Of a DNA stretch of 64,000 nucleotides, positions 23,046 to 35,676 are shown in pieces (the stretch's first letter is position 1; every line of letters begins with the position of its first letter). The stretch covers positions 310,001 to 374,000 of the forward strand of contig JANHCV010000006.1 of assembly GCA_025594325.1 (NCBI GenBank). Direction: 5' to 3'. The position numbers and the translations under genes are program-made. The notes under the pieces were generated by a model. The model was given only the letters and a program-made list of their open reading frames with translations, searched no databases and was not told where the DNA came from. The stretch is from Blastocladiella emersonii ATCC 22665. Taxonomy: Eukaryota; Fungi; Blastocladiomycota.

Positions 23046-26000
23046 TCAAAAGTCCCAGTCGGCGTCCCGGTCAAAGTCGGGCATCGGCGGCTCGCCGCCG
23101 CACCCGTTCTCGGCCACCGGCTCCGGCTCCTTGTCCGCCTTGACCTCGACCTTGACCACCGTCGGCGGCGTCGAGGACGGCGGGGGCGACGGTGTCGGGA
23201 ACCGCAGCGGACGGTACTTTCCCCGCACCACTGGCGCCGCCGGCGGCGCCGGGGCGACCGCGGGCCGCGCCTCGATCTCGGCGGCCGCGAGGGCAAACAC
23301 CGCGTCGTCATCATCCCCGCCGCCGTTCCGCGGACCTGGAGCCGGAACCGGCACGCTCGTCCACCACGCGTCGCTCAGGTCGCTGTCGCTGCTGGGCAGT
23401 CGGCGAACGTCGGGCGGCACCGCGACGCCGTGGAGCCAGGTCACGGCGCTGTTGGCCGCGGCGGTCGAGGAAGAGGCGGCGGCGGGCGCGGGATGAGCGG
23501 TGCCGTCGGGCAGCCCACGCTTGCAGCATACGTGCTTGCACTTGGCCTTGTCGCGGCACTTGTGCTGGCACGGCTGCGGCGGCGGGGGCGCGATGGCTGC
23601 GGGGACGCGGGTTTGCTGCGCGGGGAGCGTCGAGCGCGCCGCCGGCTGGGCCGCCGAACCCTGCGTCGACGGTGCCGGACCCGTCGCCGCGTTCCCGTTC
23701 GTCACGGGCGGCGCCGCGGCCGTCTGCGCGGGCAACGCCATCGCGGACTCGGGCAGCTGCCACCGCGGGAGCATCGCGAGTGTGCGGCCGTATACGTCGA
23801 ACTGGGCGTGGGCGTCGAGCCCGACCATGTGCTCGCACAGGACCGAGACGAACACGACGCGGCCGGGCGGCGTCGCGTGCACGCGCACCGTCCATGGTTG
23901 CCCGCCGCCGCGCAGCGCATCCCACTTCTGCCGCACGTGGTCCAGCATCTTGCCCTGGTCGTCGTGCACCAGGAGCACCGCGTGCGCGGGGCCGCCGGAG
24001 CCCGCGGCCCACGCGGGTTTTGCGCGCGCGGACGAGGAAGAGGAAGACGCGGTGGACGGGAGCGACACGGTGACGTCGAGGTATCGCGCGGGGAGCGTGG
24101 GCGGGACGCTCGGGTCAGCGGGCGCGACGGTGATGGCGAACCGCGGGAGCTGCTTGGCGGCCTCGGCGAGCGCGGTGCCGAACGGCGGGTTGCGGTGGAG
24201 CAGCTGCTCGACGCGCCACGGCGGCGTGCGCACGAGGTCGTCAAACGAGTGGATCCCGGCCGTCGCGAGCGTCGACGTCATGACGGGCCCGAGCTTGTCG
24301 AGCTGCCGCAGCACCCGCGTCGAGTCGAACCACAGCCGCGCGCGCACGCTCTGCGCGACGAGGAGCGCGTAGCGCAGGCGGTCCGCGGACCCGGGCTCGC
24401 CCGCGCCAGCGCCCGTGGTGACCTGAGTCGCACACACCTCGACGTGCGCCGACGCGATCCGCGCGAGGTGCTGCCAGACGAGCGACGTCTCGCGGCTGAC
24501 GAGCAGGCGTATGCGGTCGCGCTCCTTGCCCTGCAGGGCGACGCCGCCGAGGACCGCCTGCACGACGAGGTACACCTTGTCGGCGGCGACGGCGACGCGG
24601 CCCGCGAGCGGGAACCGGATCCCCGGCTGCTTGTTCAGGTCGTTGAGCACCGCCTTGTCGCCGGGCTTGAGGTACGCGGCGCCGAGCTCCTCGCCGTGCG
24701 CGAGCGCGTACAGCTGCTGCGGGATCGACGGGCCCGCGGCAACCAGCGCGCGCATCGTGCCGAGCGACAGGCAGTACCGGCACATGATGCGGCCAAGCTC
24801 GGTGCACTGCAGCCGCGGCGGCGCGTGCGGCGGGTTCGGGCCCGTGAGCGGCGCGGCGACGCGCTCGACCATACCCGCGTCGACGAGCGTCGCGAGCGTG
24901 ATGTTGATGAGCCCCGCGAGGTCGCCGCCGGTCGCGTACCGCTCGGGCGCGCGCTGGTGGCGGACGTAGAAGAAGGTGCTCGACAGCCACTCGAGGGCGG
25001 CGCGCTCCGAGGCGATGGTGCCCTGGGCGATCTCGGCGTTGAGGTGCTCGGCGAGGTGGCGGTCGAGGCAGCTGTCGATGACGTCGCGGCCCTCAATCAG
25101 CGTCTCGTACTTGACGACGAGCGCCTGGTCCGTCATGATCACCACCTTGCCCTCGGTGTCGAACTGCGGCCGGCCCGCGCGCCCGATCATCTGCAGCACG
25201 TCCGCACCCGCGTACTCCTTCTCCGCGCCGTTCTCCCACGCGGTCGTGCCCTTGATGATCACCAGGTACGCCGGCAGGTTGACGCCGACCGCGAGCGTCG
25301 ACGTGGTGCACACGGCGGCAATGTGCGACGCCAGGAACAGCCGCTCGACCGTCTGCCGGTCGTGCTGCGACAGGCCCGCGTGGTGGAACGCGAGCCCGTG
25401 CTTGACGAGGTCGCGCAGCGTCGCGTCGTGAACGCCCTGCGACGCCTGGTCGAGCGCCGCCGCGTGCGCCGCGGTCCGCACCAGCTCGTGCCCGGGGGAG
25501 CCCGGCGGACACGTCGCCGACTCGGCGAGGATCGCCTTGGCGGCCGACTCGGTCGCCTTGCGCGTGGCGCAGAACACGAGGCACGGTTTGCCCTTGGCGT
25601 GCTGTCGGATGAGCAACGGGAGTCGCTCGTCCATCATGCGGTCAAAAAACCACGACGACTTGTTCCCCGCGGGCAGCCCGACAACGAGCTTCTCGAGCTG
25701 CACGGGGCGGTACTCCTCGCCGAACCGGAACAGCGCTGCGCCGTCGAGCCACTGGGCGACGTCCTCGAGGTTCGGGAACGTGGCCGAGAGCGCGACGCAC
25801 CGGATCGGGCGGCTCAGCTCGCGCGCAATCACCTTGACGCGCGACACGAGGGCCTCGAGCGTCGACCCGCGCGCGCTGCTGACCATGTGTACCTCGTCGA
25901 TCAGCAGCAGGCTGAGCTGCGCAACCGAGTTGCGCGAGTCGCGCCACCGCCGCGTCACGCTGTCCCACTTCTCGGGCGTCACCACGAGGACTTGTGCCGA

Positions 26001-27507
26001 CCGCGCCCCCATGGCCGCCGCGTACGTCGAGTCGCCCGTCAGCTCCTGCACCTGGATCCCGAGCGGCGCCAGCTTGCGCGACCAGTCGGCCGCGCGCTCC
26101 GCGCACAGTGCCTTGGTGGGGGCGAGGTACACGGCCTTGGCGTGCGCAATATTGGCCGTCGTCGAGAACAGGCGCACTAGCGCGAGCTCGAGGATCGCCG
26201 TCTTGCCCGAGCCCGTTGGCGCTGACACGACGAGGTTTTGGTCGCTGTGCATCACCTGTTTTGGGAGCGGTGAGTCGTCAGGGCAACCGTAAAGGGGTGG
26301 TGTGAGGAGCGTACAGCGTCGAAGCACTCGGACTGAACGTAGTTGAAGGCGGGGAACGAGAACAGCGCGCGGAACCGGCTCGCTAACATCGGCGGGTTCG
26401 CGTCAGCTGCGAAGCGGAGGTGACGAGACAACAGAGGAACGTACGCAGCTCGGACACGAGCCGAACAGGCAGATGACCGCCGTTCTGCGCGGCGAGCTGG
26501 GCGGCGGGGTAGAACTCATGCGCGGGCGGCGCGGGCTCCAGCTGGTACTGCGCGTGCGGCGGCGGCTCGGGGTACGCGTACGGCTGCTGCTGGTGCGCGA
26601 ACTGCGAGGCGTCGGGGTGGAACTGCGTCATGGGTTCTTGGTACGAGCACTGCGGCCGTGGCGGGTCAGCAGTGGTTCGTGATGACGTGCGAAAAGTCGG
26701 GCGTACCTGCTCCATCTCGTGCGTCGGCGGGTACCCGGTCTGGTCCTGCTGCTGGGTGTAGTACGCCGGCTGCTGGTGCTGTTGATGATGATGATGAAGG
26801 TGAGGCGCGTCCGCGACCGCATCGCGCTCGGCCTCGAGCACGGCGAGCGGCGTCAGGTTGGCCCACTGCGCTTCGAGCCCGCCGCCGCCGGGATGCGCGT
26901 CGTAGTCGTAGTGCCCGATCTCGCCGGCGCCGGCGTGCTGCTGATGCTGCTGATGCTGCTGCTGCTGCGAGTAGCCGTACTGCTGATGGTACTGAACCGG
27001 TTCAGGAGCGGGGAACGCGGGCGCAGCGGGCGCGGGCGGAGGTCGACGCGGGTCCCACGCAGCGGCGGCGGGAGCGGGCGCGGGTGCCGGTGCCGCGTTC
27101 CACGACGGCGGTGCGGTCCACCGCGACGGCGCAGGCGACGGCAGCTGGAACTGCGTCGGCAACTCGTGTGTCTCCTGCGGGTGCTGCTGCTGCTGCTGCG
27201 CGGGCCACGCCGGCGCGGCTGCTTGCGACGGTGCGGCGGCGGTGGCCCAGAACGGGCTCGCGCGGAGCGACACGGGCCGGCGCGCGGGCGGGCGCGGCGT
27301 CCACAGGGGCGACGGGAGGCCCGGCGCGGCGACCGACACGGCAGGCGTCGGGGTCGGGGGTGGCGGGTGGGCGAGCTGGCGCTGCGCGCGGAACGGCATC
27401 GGCGCGTCGCGCGAGGGCCGCGCGCCCGTGGTCCGCCGCGGCACGGCGCCGCCGAACAGCGCGGCGAGGGCCGAGTGCGAGATGGTTCCGCCCGATGTAG
27501 AGTCCAT
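23046..27507 (-). CDS. MER3: Meiotic DExH helicase MER3/HFM1 with Sec63 domain; Q/P-rich N-terminus; 3 introns
   Basis: SRFRALFSFPAFNYVQSECFD, VSAPTGSGKT, LLIDEVH, ALSATFPN, GLAFHHAGL, STLAVGVNLPA, QMIGRAGRPQFD, and the C-terminal CQHKCRDKAKCKHVCCK motif characteristic of Mer3. Confidence 0.92.
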
Positions 27508-28774
27508 GGTGCGGGTGGGTATGAGATACTCGAGGTTGGTGGTGGAGAGGGAGATAGAGCGCGAGGAGTGGATGTGAGCGGACATGAACGGGTCTCGCGT
27601 CCATCAAGAAGTGCTCATCACCGGGATCGAGCGCGCGGCGCCGCCGCGGGATGACTGGCGCGTCGTGGAACTTTCGGAAGCGTCATCGATGCACCTCGCT
27701 CAGCGACGCCGTCGACCGACGAACCGGGCGTACGTCGCGACGCGCGTGGGCTGGCGCGCAGACGGCGACGGTCGTTCGTGTCATGCGCGTTGCATCAAGT
27801 GAGTGTACGGGTAGGGAGGCCCTTGCTCCGCTCGCCGTGCGCGAGAGTCGAAGCGGGCGCGCGGAGGCGGAGCGCAGGTGTGTCCGGCCCGCCTCTGTGC
27901 GTCTCGCGTCCAGGCCTCAAGCACAAGGTGAGCCGTGCCACGCTGCGGCCTTCTCGCCTCAGTGCGGAGCGCGGAAGGGACCGCCGTGAGAAATCTGCGC
28001 TTGAACGTGCTCAGGGCACCATCACGTACGCTCGGAAGAGGCACGCTGTACCTGTAACACAGCGACGGGTGGCGCAACGCGCCCAGGTGACCGAGATGAT
28101 GCTGCGAAACCCGAGACGGGCTGCGTCTTCGGCTTCGCGGCCGTCTCCTTCTCCGCTCTCACTCGACCTCGCCTTGCTGCACAGTCACGTAAACTCATGC
28201 ACTTAGACTTGCTGCAACTATCTCCGAGGAGTATCTGACGCAGGATGGCACGGAAGGCGGGGCGTGCTTGGCATGGCGACGCCCATCCGCTCACTCGGCT
28301 CGATTCTCTGATTCGTCGTTTTGGCACTGTCAAGCACCGTTGACGAGGTCTTTGATCAATGAGTTGTATTGCGCTCGTCGCGATGGAAGTGCAAGTTTCA
28401 CCAATCTCATCGATCTCGTCCCTGGTCGTGAGCGCGGCGTAGTTTGCCTCACGTCGACACAAGAGCTGCACAATCCTCTCCCCGCCTTGCACTTGCACGA
28501 CGCATGCAGCCTCTTTATGTGCTTGCAAGTCATTCGTTCGTGGCCTTGCGTGACATAAAAGTCGTGATGCGTCATGACCTTCGACACATTTAACACAGAG
28601 CCGCTCGCGCCGTAAAATCAACTTTTCATCACCCATCCCAAGCGTATCGCCACCTATCGCTTAAAATTCAAGCCCGTCGTCGACCGCACAAACCTGCATG
28701 ACCTCCGCCTTCAATCGCTTCTTAGACCCCACCCTTACGGCAGTCGGATCGCGTCCGTCGTCCTGCACCGTGTT

Positions 28775-30054
28775 GGGCCGCACTCGCTCGGGCGCCGTGA
28801 AAATTCCGCGCCGCCCGCGCGAGTGCGGCCCTCCATTTCAACCTTAGCGCAGAGCAGAGCGAGGCGGCTGTACGAAAGTTCGGCACGAGCTTGGTGGACG
28901 AGTACGAAACGAAGGACGGTGACTGAGACTCGGTGTGGAATACATGTGGTATCGTTTCGAATCCACTTTGCGCGCGTCTTCAGGTCGCGGTCGTCAGGCA
29001 TCCTCGCTATCGCGGATCCGCGGTACCGTGATCCCAGTGTTTGACTCAAGGCCAGGGGTACCGACGTGCCTGACCTATTCCCCGCTGCAGGACGACCGGT
29101 GCGCGGACGGCTGACGGAGCCCAGGTTCCGGCTCTCGCGGGCTTGGCGACGAGTGGCGCAACGCGGTCAGCCGATCCCACGTCGACCGGTGGCTTGAAAC
29201 AGCGCCGCGCTTGAAACCGCCGCGCTGCGATCATTCACGCTTCTCCTCCACCCGACCATGCTCTCCCCTTTGGCCATGTAGACTCATGCACTAAGACTAC
29301 CTGCAATCTCGAGCAAGGACTCGTTCATCACGTTGACGCGGCTCGAGACGTCGCGCTTCACTGCAAGGACTCCGTTGTCCTGACGCGGCAGGCGATGGTC
29401 GAGCTTGGATCAACGTGGATTTGTGAGCATTTAAAAGCTGATTTCTGCTTTCCAAGTTACCTTGGTCGTGATACTTGTGGAGCGTGGCTTTCAATCGCAG
29501 CGACTCGGGCTCGCGTTCGCGTATGACGGCGCATACCGTTACGCGACGCTCATGGTGCGCCGACCCTGTGATCGTACCGCGCGCGGCTCTGTACTGACTA
29601 CTCGCTGCTCGCATCTACGACGCTCGGTGCTTTTGTGTTCACAAATGCGCCCAGACCATACCACCACGCTCGACGCGGATCGATAATCGGGCCCCGTACC
29701 CCCAAGGTTGAACTTGTCGCGGGCCAAACCTCAAGCTCGGTACTCACGGGCCGACACCATCGCCATCGCGTCCAGCTTGCCAACCGCGCTCTGCTCCGCG
29801 GTGCCTTTCCGTCGACGCTTCTAGGATCCCGCTCGTCATAACGCCGTCACTTCCGCGTAACGCACTCTTGATCCGTCAGCAATCTCCAGTCGAGCCTCAA
29901 CTTAAACTCGTCGTACATCCGCCCAGCCAAGCTCACATTCGATCCGACCCGCTTTCGCTTCATTCGACTCTCGCCCGCCCTTATGCGTCGCGCTGTTGGG
30001 CCGCGCTCGCTCGGGCGCCGTGAAAAGACCGCGCCGCCCGTGCGAGTGCGGCCC
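28775..30054. repeat. Two direct copies of a 57-nt GC-rich hairpin (28775-28831 and 29998-30054)
   Basis: Copy 1 has a perfect 13-bp stem GGGCCGCACTCGC/GCGAGTGCGGCCC plus inner CGGGCG/CGCCCG. The copies are 1,223 bp apart. Confidence 0.85.
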
Positions 30055-30254
30055 TCGATCGCTATCGCAGCGTGCTTGAGGATGGTGTCGCGGGACTTGA
30101 ACGGAGTACCGGGGCTATGATGTGCGATTCGCCGTTGTGATGATGTAGACAGCTCCTTGCTTGATACAATCTCAATGAGTCGTGCAGCGAGTGATCTAGA
30201 GTGAAAATCCATTCATATTGCACCGCTCCGCCCACCTTCTACCCCTGCAAACAC

Positions 30255-32078
30255 TCACACCACCTTGTACTCATCGGGCTGGCACGTCGCGGAGCTGCCG
30301 TGGACGAGCGCGGAGCCGTCGGGCGCCGCTGCCCCAACGACCGTGACGGGGCAGTAGAGCGTGTTGGAGCTGAACTGGACCGAGACGGGGAAGTATCCGC
30401 CGGGCTGGTTCCCGACGGCCTTGAAGTCGAGGCTGCCCGAGCTCGCGTCGGCGCTGATCTCGGGGACCTGCCAGTAGAGGATGCCGCGCTGGCGGTCGAA
30501 CAGCGTGTCGCCGTCAGCGTGGGCGACGGCGGGCGGGGTCGGGGACGCGGGGATCGGGATAGCGAGGACGACGTTGGAGAGGCGCATGTGCGACGCGAGG
30601 AGCTCGTACTCGATGTTGACCTCGCACGTCCCGTCGGCGGCCGGGTTGGGCCAGCAGTTGACGGCGAGCGGGACGGCCTCCTCGTCCTTGGACACGAGCC
30701 GCCACTTGAGGACGCCCGTGGGCTGGCCGACGGGGAACGACTTGGCCGCGTCGCGCAGCGCGAGCGTCGACGACTTGGTCCACTGCGTCTTGTCCATGTT
30801 CGGGTGCGTCTTGAACTGCGCGGGGCTGCCGGCGGGCAGGGACACCTGCACGCGCGCCTGCGCCGCAGCCGGCGACGTGACGTGGATGCTCAGGTCGCCC
30901 TTGACCTCCATCTCCTGCAGCCCGCCGTCGCGGTTCACGATCACCGTCACGCGCTCCTCCATGGTCACGTGCACGGGCTCCGCGGGCTGCGGGATCGCGG
31001 CGGCGACGGCGACGGGGGATGCGGCGGCCGGGATGGTGGCGGCCGACGACGAAGCGGCAGCGGGGCTCGCGAGGGCCAGCGCGGCGACACCACCGAACGC
31101 GTCGGCGTAGTCGGGCGTGGCCTTGCTCGCGCCGAGCTTCAGGCCCGTCTTCATGCCGCCCGAGAGACTACAAGGAGGGTTGTAAGCACCGAGGTCGACG
31201 CAGTCGCGGGTGATGAGAAAGCGTACTCGACGGGCGCGCGTTGTGGGCTCGGAGCGACGGGCGCGGGGCCGAACGGCGAGCTGGACGAGGGCATGGGTCC
31301 CGCGCCGAACGGCGACGCGCCGTACGCGGCGGGGCCCGCGGCGGGTCCGGGACCGCCGTACCCGGCCTGCGGGCCGCCGAACCCGCCCTGGCTGCTGCTG
31401 CCACTCCCAAACCCGCCGCCGTAGCCGGACATGGGCGGCGACCCGGACCCGCCAGCGGCGGCGAACCCCTGGGCCTTGGCGAGCTTCGCGGCCTCCTTGC
31501 GCTGGATTTCCATCTGCTTAGCCTTGAGGCGCGACTGCTCCTTGGCCTCGAGCTCCTTGTTGCGTGCGATCATCTCCTGGATGCGCTCCTCGTTCGAGTC
31601 CATGAGGGCAATGGTGCGGATCTGGGCGAGGTTCACGTTCTCGCGGTAGCCGAGCGAGACGATCTCGTCAAACGCGGCGAGCAGGTCGAAGGCGTTGTCG
31701 ACGACCTCGCGCTCCGTCAGCACCTTGCAGTACTCGGCGACGACGCGCGCGAACAGGTGCAGGCTGCTGATGTCCTGCAGGATGTTGGACATCTTGGAGG
31801 TGGTCAGGACCAGGTACAGGTCGTCGAGCGGCTGGTACACGAAGCGCACGTCGTCCGTGTCGACGGTCGTGTGCTGCGTGCCCGCGGAGACGAGCTTCGG
31901 GAACGACGCCATCAGGCCCTCGATGCGCGAACGCTGCATCTCGAGGAACTGGCGCGACACCAGGACTAGACATGACGCGGGGAATCCGTCAGGATCGGGG
32001 CGCGAGGTGTTGCGCGGTTGGAGGCGCGAACACACCCTTGCCGCTCTTGGTGCACACGGTCGCCGCGAGGATCGCCAT
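30255..32078 (-). CDS. RET2: Coatomer delta subunit, 2 introns
   Basis: MAILAATVCTKSGK / LVSRQFLEMQRSRIEGLMASFPKL..QHTTVDTDDVRFVYQPLDDLY..SNILQDI, followed by a mu-homology domain (FKTHPNMDK, VLKWR, WPN). Confidence 0.95.
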
Positions 32079-32312
32079 GGTGTGCGGTGCGGTAGTTGCG
32101 GGTAGAGCTACGTGGAATGCGCGAGCGCCGTGGTGTGCATGCGCCGAGGGGCGAGTGCGGGGCGGAAGAAGAGGGCGAGGCGCGTCGCCAGCGCGGTGGC
32201 GCCAGCGGCCGCAAAGTCGCCACGCCACGCCCGAGTGTGCGCTCATGTGACGGCCGGCCATGGACGTGTCGTTTATGTGTTCCCCCACAAGCCGCAATAT
32301 ATGCATGTATCA

Positions 32313-33048
32313 TCACTCGCGCGTCAGCAGCGCGAACAGGGCGAGGCCGCCGAGCAGCACGATCTTGAGCTTCGGGTTGTCGTTCATGAGGATGGTCACG
32401 TAGCCGGCCTTGGGCGCGTACCCGGACACGACGCCGACGACCTCTTCCTGCTTGAGCCACAGCTTGCCGCGCTTCACCTCGTTGAAGATGCCGCGGTCGT
32501 CGGCCTGGTTGTTGTCGCCCTTGGTCAGCACGAACTGTTCCTTGGCATCGGCGCTACACGAGCGGGTTGGTCAGTTGGTGAGCGACGGGAGCGTGCGCGT
32601 AGGGAGCAGTAGCAGCGTACTCGTAGTGCGTCCGCGTGATCCGGTGCACGATGGGAATTTCCTTGCCGTCGAGCTTGTACACGATGATCTCGCCGACGTT
32701 GAGCGGGCGGTCCGGCTTGTGCAGGAACAGCAGGTCGCCGCGGCTGAACGCGGGCTCCATGGACTCGCTACATACACGTATTATACGTCAGTGGTCGGCC
32801 CAGTCCCGCGAAAGCAGCGGGCGGGACGTGCGTCAGGACGACCACGATCGGCGACTCGGTGTTGGTGAACACGCTCAGGCCCTTCCAGATGCTCAGCGCC
32901 GACGAGACGATGAGCAGCAGGTTCAGGAACTGCAGCAGCGTCTACGCTCGGCAGTAACGGCGTCAGGATCACTTGATGCATGATGGTGCGCGCCGACGAC
33001 GACGGCGACGCGACGCACTTGGCGGTAGCCGACGGCAAATGGATTCAT
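32313..33048 (-). CDS. SEC11: Signal peptidase complex catalytic subunit; 3 introns, one of them GC-AG (32768-32831)
   Basis: TESPIVVVL(T)[44 protein letters not shown]. Confidence 0.95.
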
Positions 33049-33216
33049 GGTAGCTGTATCGTTGCGGCAAGCGTGTCTTTCTTGCTCCAGGGCGTGTCTC
33101 AACCGAGAGAAGAGAGCGAGGGCGCGGCGCGGCGGCAGCGCGAGGCGCGACACGCTGGCGCTCTGATCTTCGCCTGCATCACCTGATGGCCTCCCTTCTT
33201 CCCCTCTCCCTCAACG

Positions 33217-34173
33217 ATGCCGCCCTCGCTCGCCGCGCAGGAACACCTCGCCGCGTACGCGCAGTCGCTGCGACTTGCCGCATCCGCCGCCGTCGTCGCG
33301 TGGACCGCGGCGCACGTCCGCCCGCACTACGACAACGCGACCGCGCTCCATGTAACTTTTCCCCTGATGGATCTCGATGTGAGCGTGACTGACCCGCATG
33401 AGGCGACTAGGACATCGTAAACGAGCTGTCCGACGACGACCTGCGCCGCGCGGCCGCGAGCTACCTCGCGCCGCCGCTCGAGCGGCTGGTCGCGGGCGGG
33501 GAGTCGCCCGTCGGCCTGTTCCTCGCCGTGGTCCTCGCCAACCGCTTGCTCCCGGACACGACGTGGCGCGCGGTCGTCGGTATGGGGCCCGCGGAGGTCG
33601 TTGACCAGGTGCGCTCTCCACCGCCGTCGCCGTCGCCGTCGCCGCGCGTCCACCGCCGCCGCCGTCGTCGCGCGTCCGCTGACTTCGTCGTCGGCGTAGG
33701 TCCTCGCCCGCCTCACCGCCAAGTGCGACCTGACCTCCCGCCTCGCCACGCGGCTGCACGCACACATCGCCTCGTCCTCCTTCCCGTCCCGCGACGCGTG
33801 GTGGGCCGAGTACCTCGCGCGCGGCCCCGTCACCGCGCAACGCGCCGCGGCAAGGTTCCTGGTGCACGCGGCCTCGGACGTGACGTTCCACCGGTTCCTG
33901 GGGAAGGTCCTCGCGCCGCAGCTCGCGGTGGGGGATAACCTGGTGGTGCTCGCGCTCGCGCTGACGCTGCCCGACGCAGCGCCCGCGCGCGTCGACGCGA
34001 TGCTGGATTTGTTGTTAGCGGGCGACGTGACGCGGTTGCCCGTCCCGCTCGCGAACCGGCTCGCGGAGGGGTACCCGCGGTTCTGGGGCGTGTACCGCGC
34101 GGCGATTGAGGGGGATGTCGAGCGGGTACGGGCGTTGGACGAGGCGGTGCCACGGATCGTGCCGAGGGAGTGA
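33217..34173 (+). CDS. Uncharacterised helical protein of about 270 aa; introns 33352-33410 and about 33609-33700
   Basis: Three short frames join in phase through GT...CTGAC...AG introns. Codon bias matches neighbouring genes. No recognisable family. Confidence 0.6.
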
Positions 34174-34234
34174 GTGAGGTATGCAATGTATATTGTTGGC
34201 AGCGGTAGAAGAGGGGATATCAGGGACGGCAGGT

Positions 34235-35676
34235 TTACCACTCGTCCCAGTCGTCCGTCTTCTTTGTCTGCTTGCGCTGCGACGCGTTGCGGGTGCCCGC
34301 GCCGGCGGCAATGGGTTCAGACGACGACGACGGGATGATCATGCCCTCGGCGGGCGGCTGCTCGTCGGCAGGCGGGGTGGTGTCGAAGGGATGGGACTGG
34401 GCGGGAGCGGCGGCGGACGAGGAGAAGGGCGCCGAGGTGCCAAACGGATCAGACGCGGCCGCGGCGCCGCCGAACGGGTTGTTGTTGCTGGTCGCGGCGG
34501 CCGTGGCGCCGTTGGCGGCGAAAAAATCACCACCACCGGTCTGCTGGCCCTGCTGCGACTGCGGGACAGCGCCGTACCCGGCCTGCTGGTAAAACCCGCT
34601 GCCCGGCTGCCCGTTGCGCGGCGGCGCGTCGACGACCGACGCGTACGCGCGCGTGCCGGCGACCATTGCGGTCTCGCCGACCTGGGTCAGCAGGTCGCCG
34701 ACCTGCGACACGCCGCGCGCGACCTGCGACTGGAAGTTGGGGTCCTGGACCAGCTGCGTGCCCTTGGTCACCACCGTGCCGACGGTGCCGACCGCGGTCC
34801 CGACGGCCGCGGTGGCGACGGTCGAGAACAGCGACCAGCCCTTGGTCAGCGCCGACACCGGGTCGTTGATGATCTGCGTCGGGTCGAACTGCGTCGCGGC
34901 CGCGGTCGCGCCGCCGCCGAACGCGGCGAAGGCGGCGCCGAAGCTCGAGCCCGGGCCGGTGGTGGAAGCAGGTGCAGGTGCAGACGAGCCCGAGCTGCCG
35001 AAGCCGACGTACCGGCCGCCCTGGGATGGTGGGAGGTGCCTACGCACAGTAGTCGTGAGTGATCGGACGGATACTCGACCGAAAAAGCAGAAACGTACTC
35101 GGGACGCGCAGCGTTGGCCATGCCCATACGGCCAAAATAGTCCTCGTTCTGCTCGCGCGACGGCATGGTCATGGGCGCGCCCTGCTGCGGCGACGCGCCG
35201 AGGCTCGCGGCCCCGAACGACGCGGGGCTGGCGCCACCCATGGCCGGTGTGCCGGCGTGCGAGTGCGGGAGCGACGGCGGGGTCCACTCAACCGTTGCGG
35301 GGTTGAAGGGGGTGCCCTGGACGTCGGCGACGAGCTTGGCGCGGTACACGGCGGCGGCGCGCGAGCCGTACTTGTCCTTGACCGACGCGGCACCCGACAG
35401 ATCCGGGTTCTGCGCGGCGAAGGCGGCGAAGCGCGCGTTGCCGCCGTGCTGCATCTTGCGGTACTGGTCCTCGGTCCACTTGTCCATGGTGATGGAGCGC
35501 ACAAACGACAGGTGCACGCCGAGGCCGCGGTGCAGGCCCGAGCACTCGAGGCAGAAGTAGGTGCCGTACGACAGCGACGCCCACTGCGGGTTCGGCGCGC
35601 CGCACTCGATGCACGACTGGTTCGCCGCGTCGGACCGCTGCAGGTCCTGGACGTGCGTGCGGAAGTCGTCTGCCAT
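34235..35676 (-). CDS. GCS1: ARF GTPase-activating protein (Gcs1/ArfGAP1 type); intron about 35040-35098
   Basis: CIECGAPNPQWASLSYGTYFCLECSGLHRGLGVHLSFVRSITMDKW, later YVGFGS and SALTKGWSLFS, and a C-terminal DDWDEW. Confidence 0.92.

Noticed and set aside
22995-26180. 1,061-aa plus-strand ORF, and similar antisense ORFs over DCAF11, SMG1, delta-COP and the TBC gene
   Set aside because: Shadow ORFs caused by extreme GC3 bias on the coding strand; Arg/Gly/Ala-rich with no motifs.
28322-28600. Cys-rich peptide (CKH..LHASCKC..LCSSC) as a zinc-finger or transposase remnant
   Set aside because: Under 90 aa, no codon support, and the pattern fits no specific family I can name.
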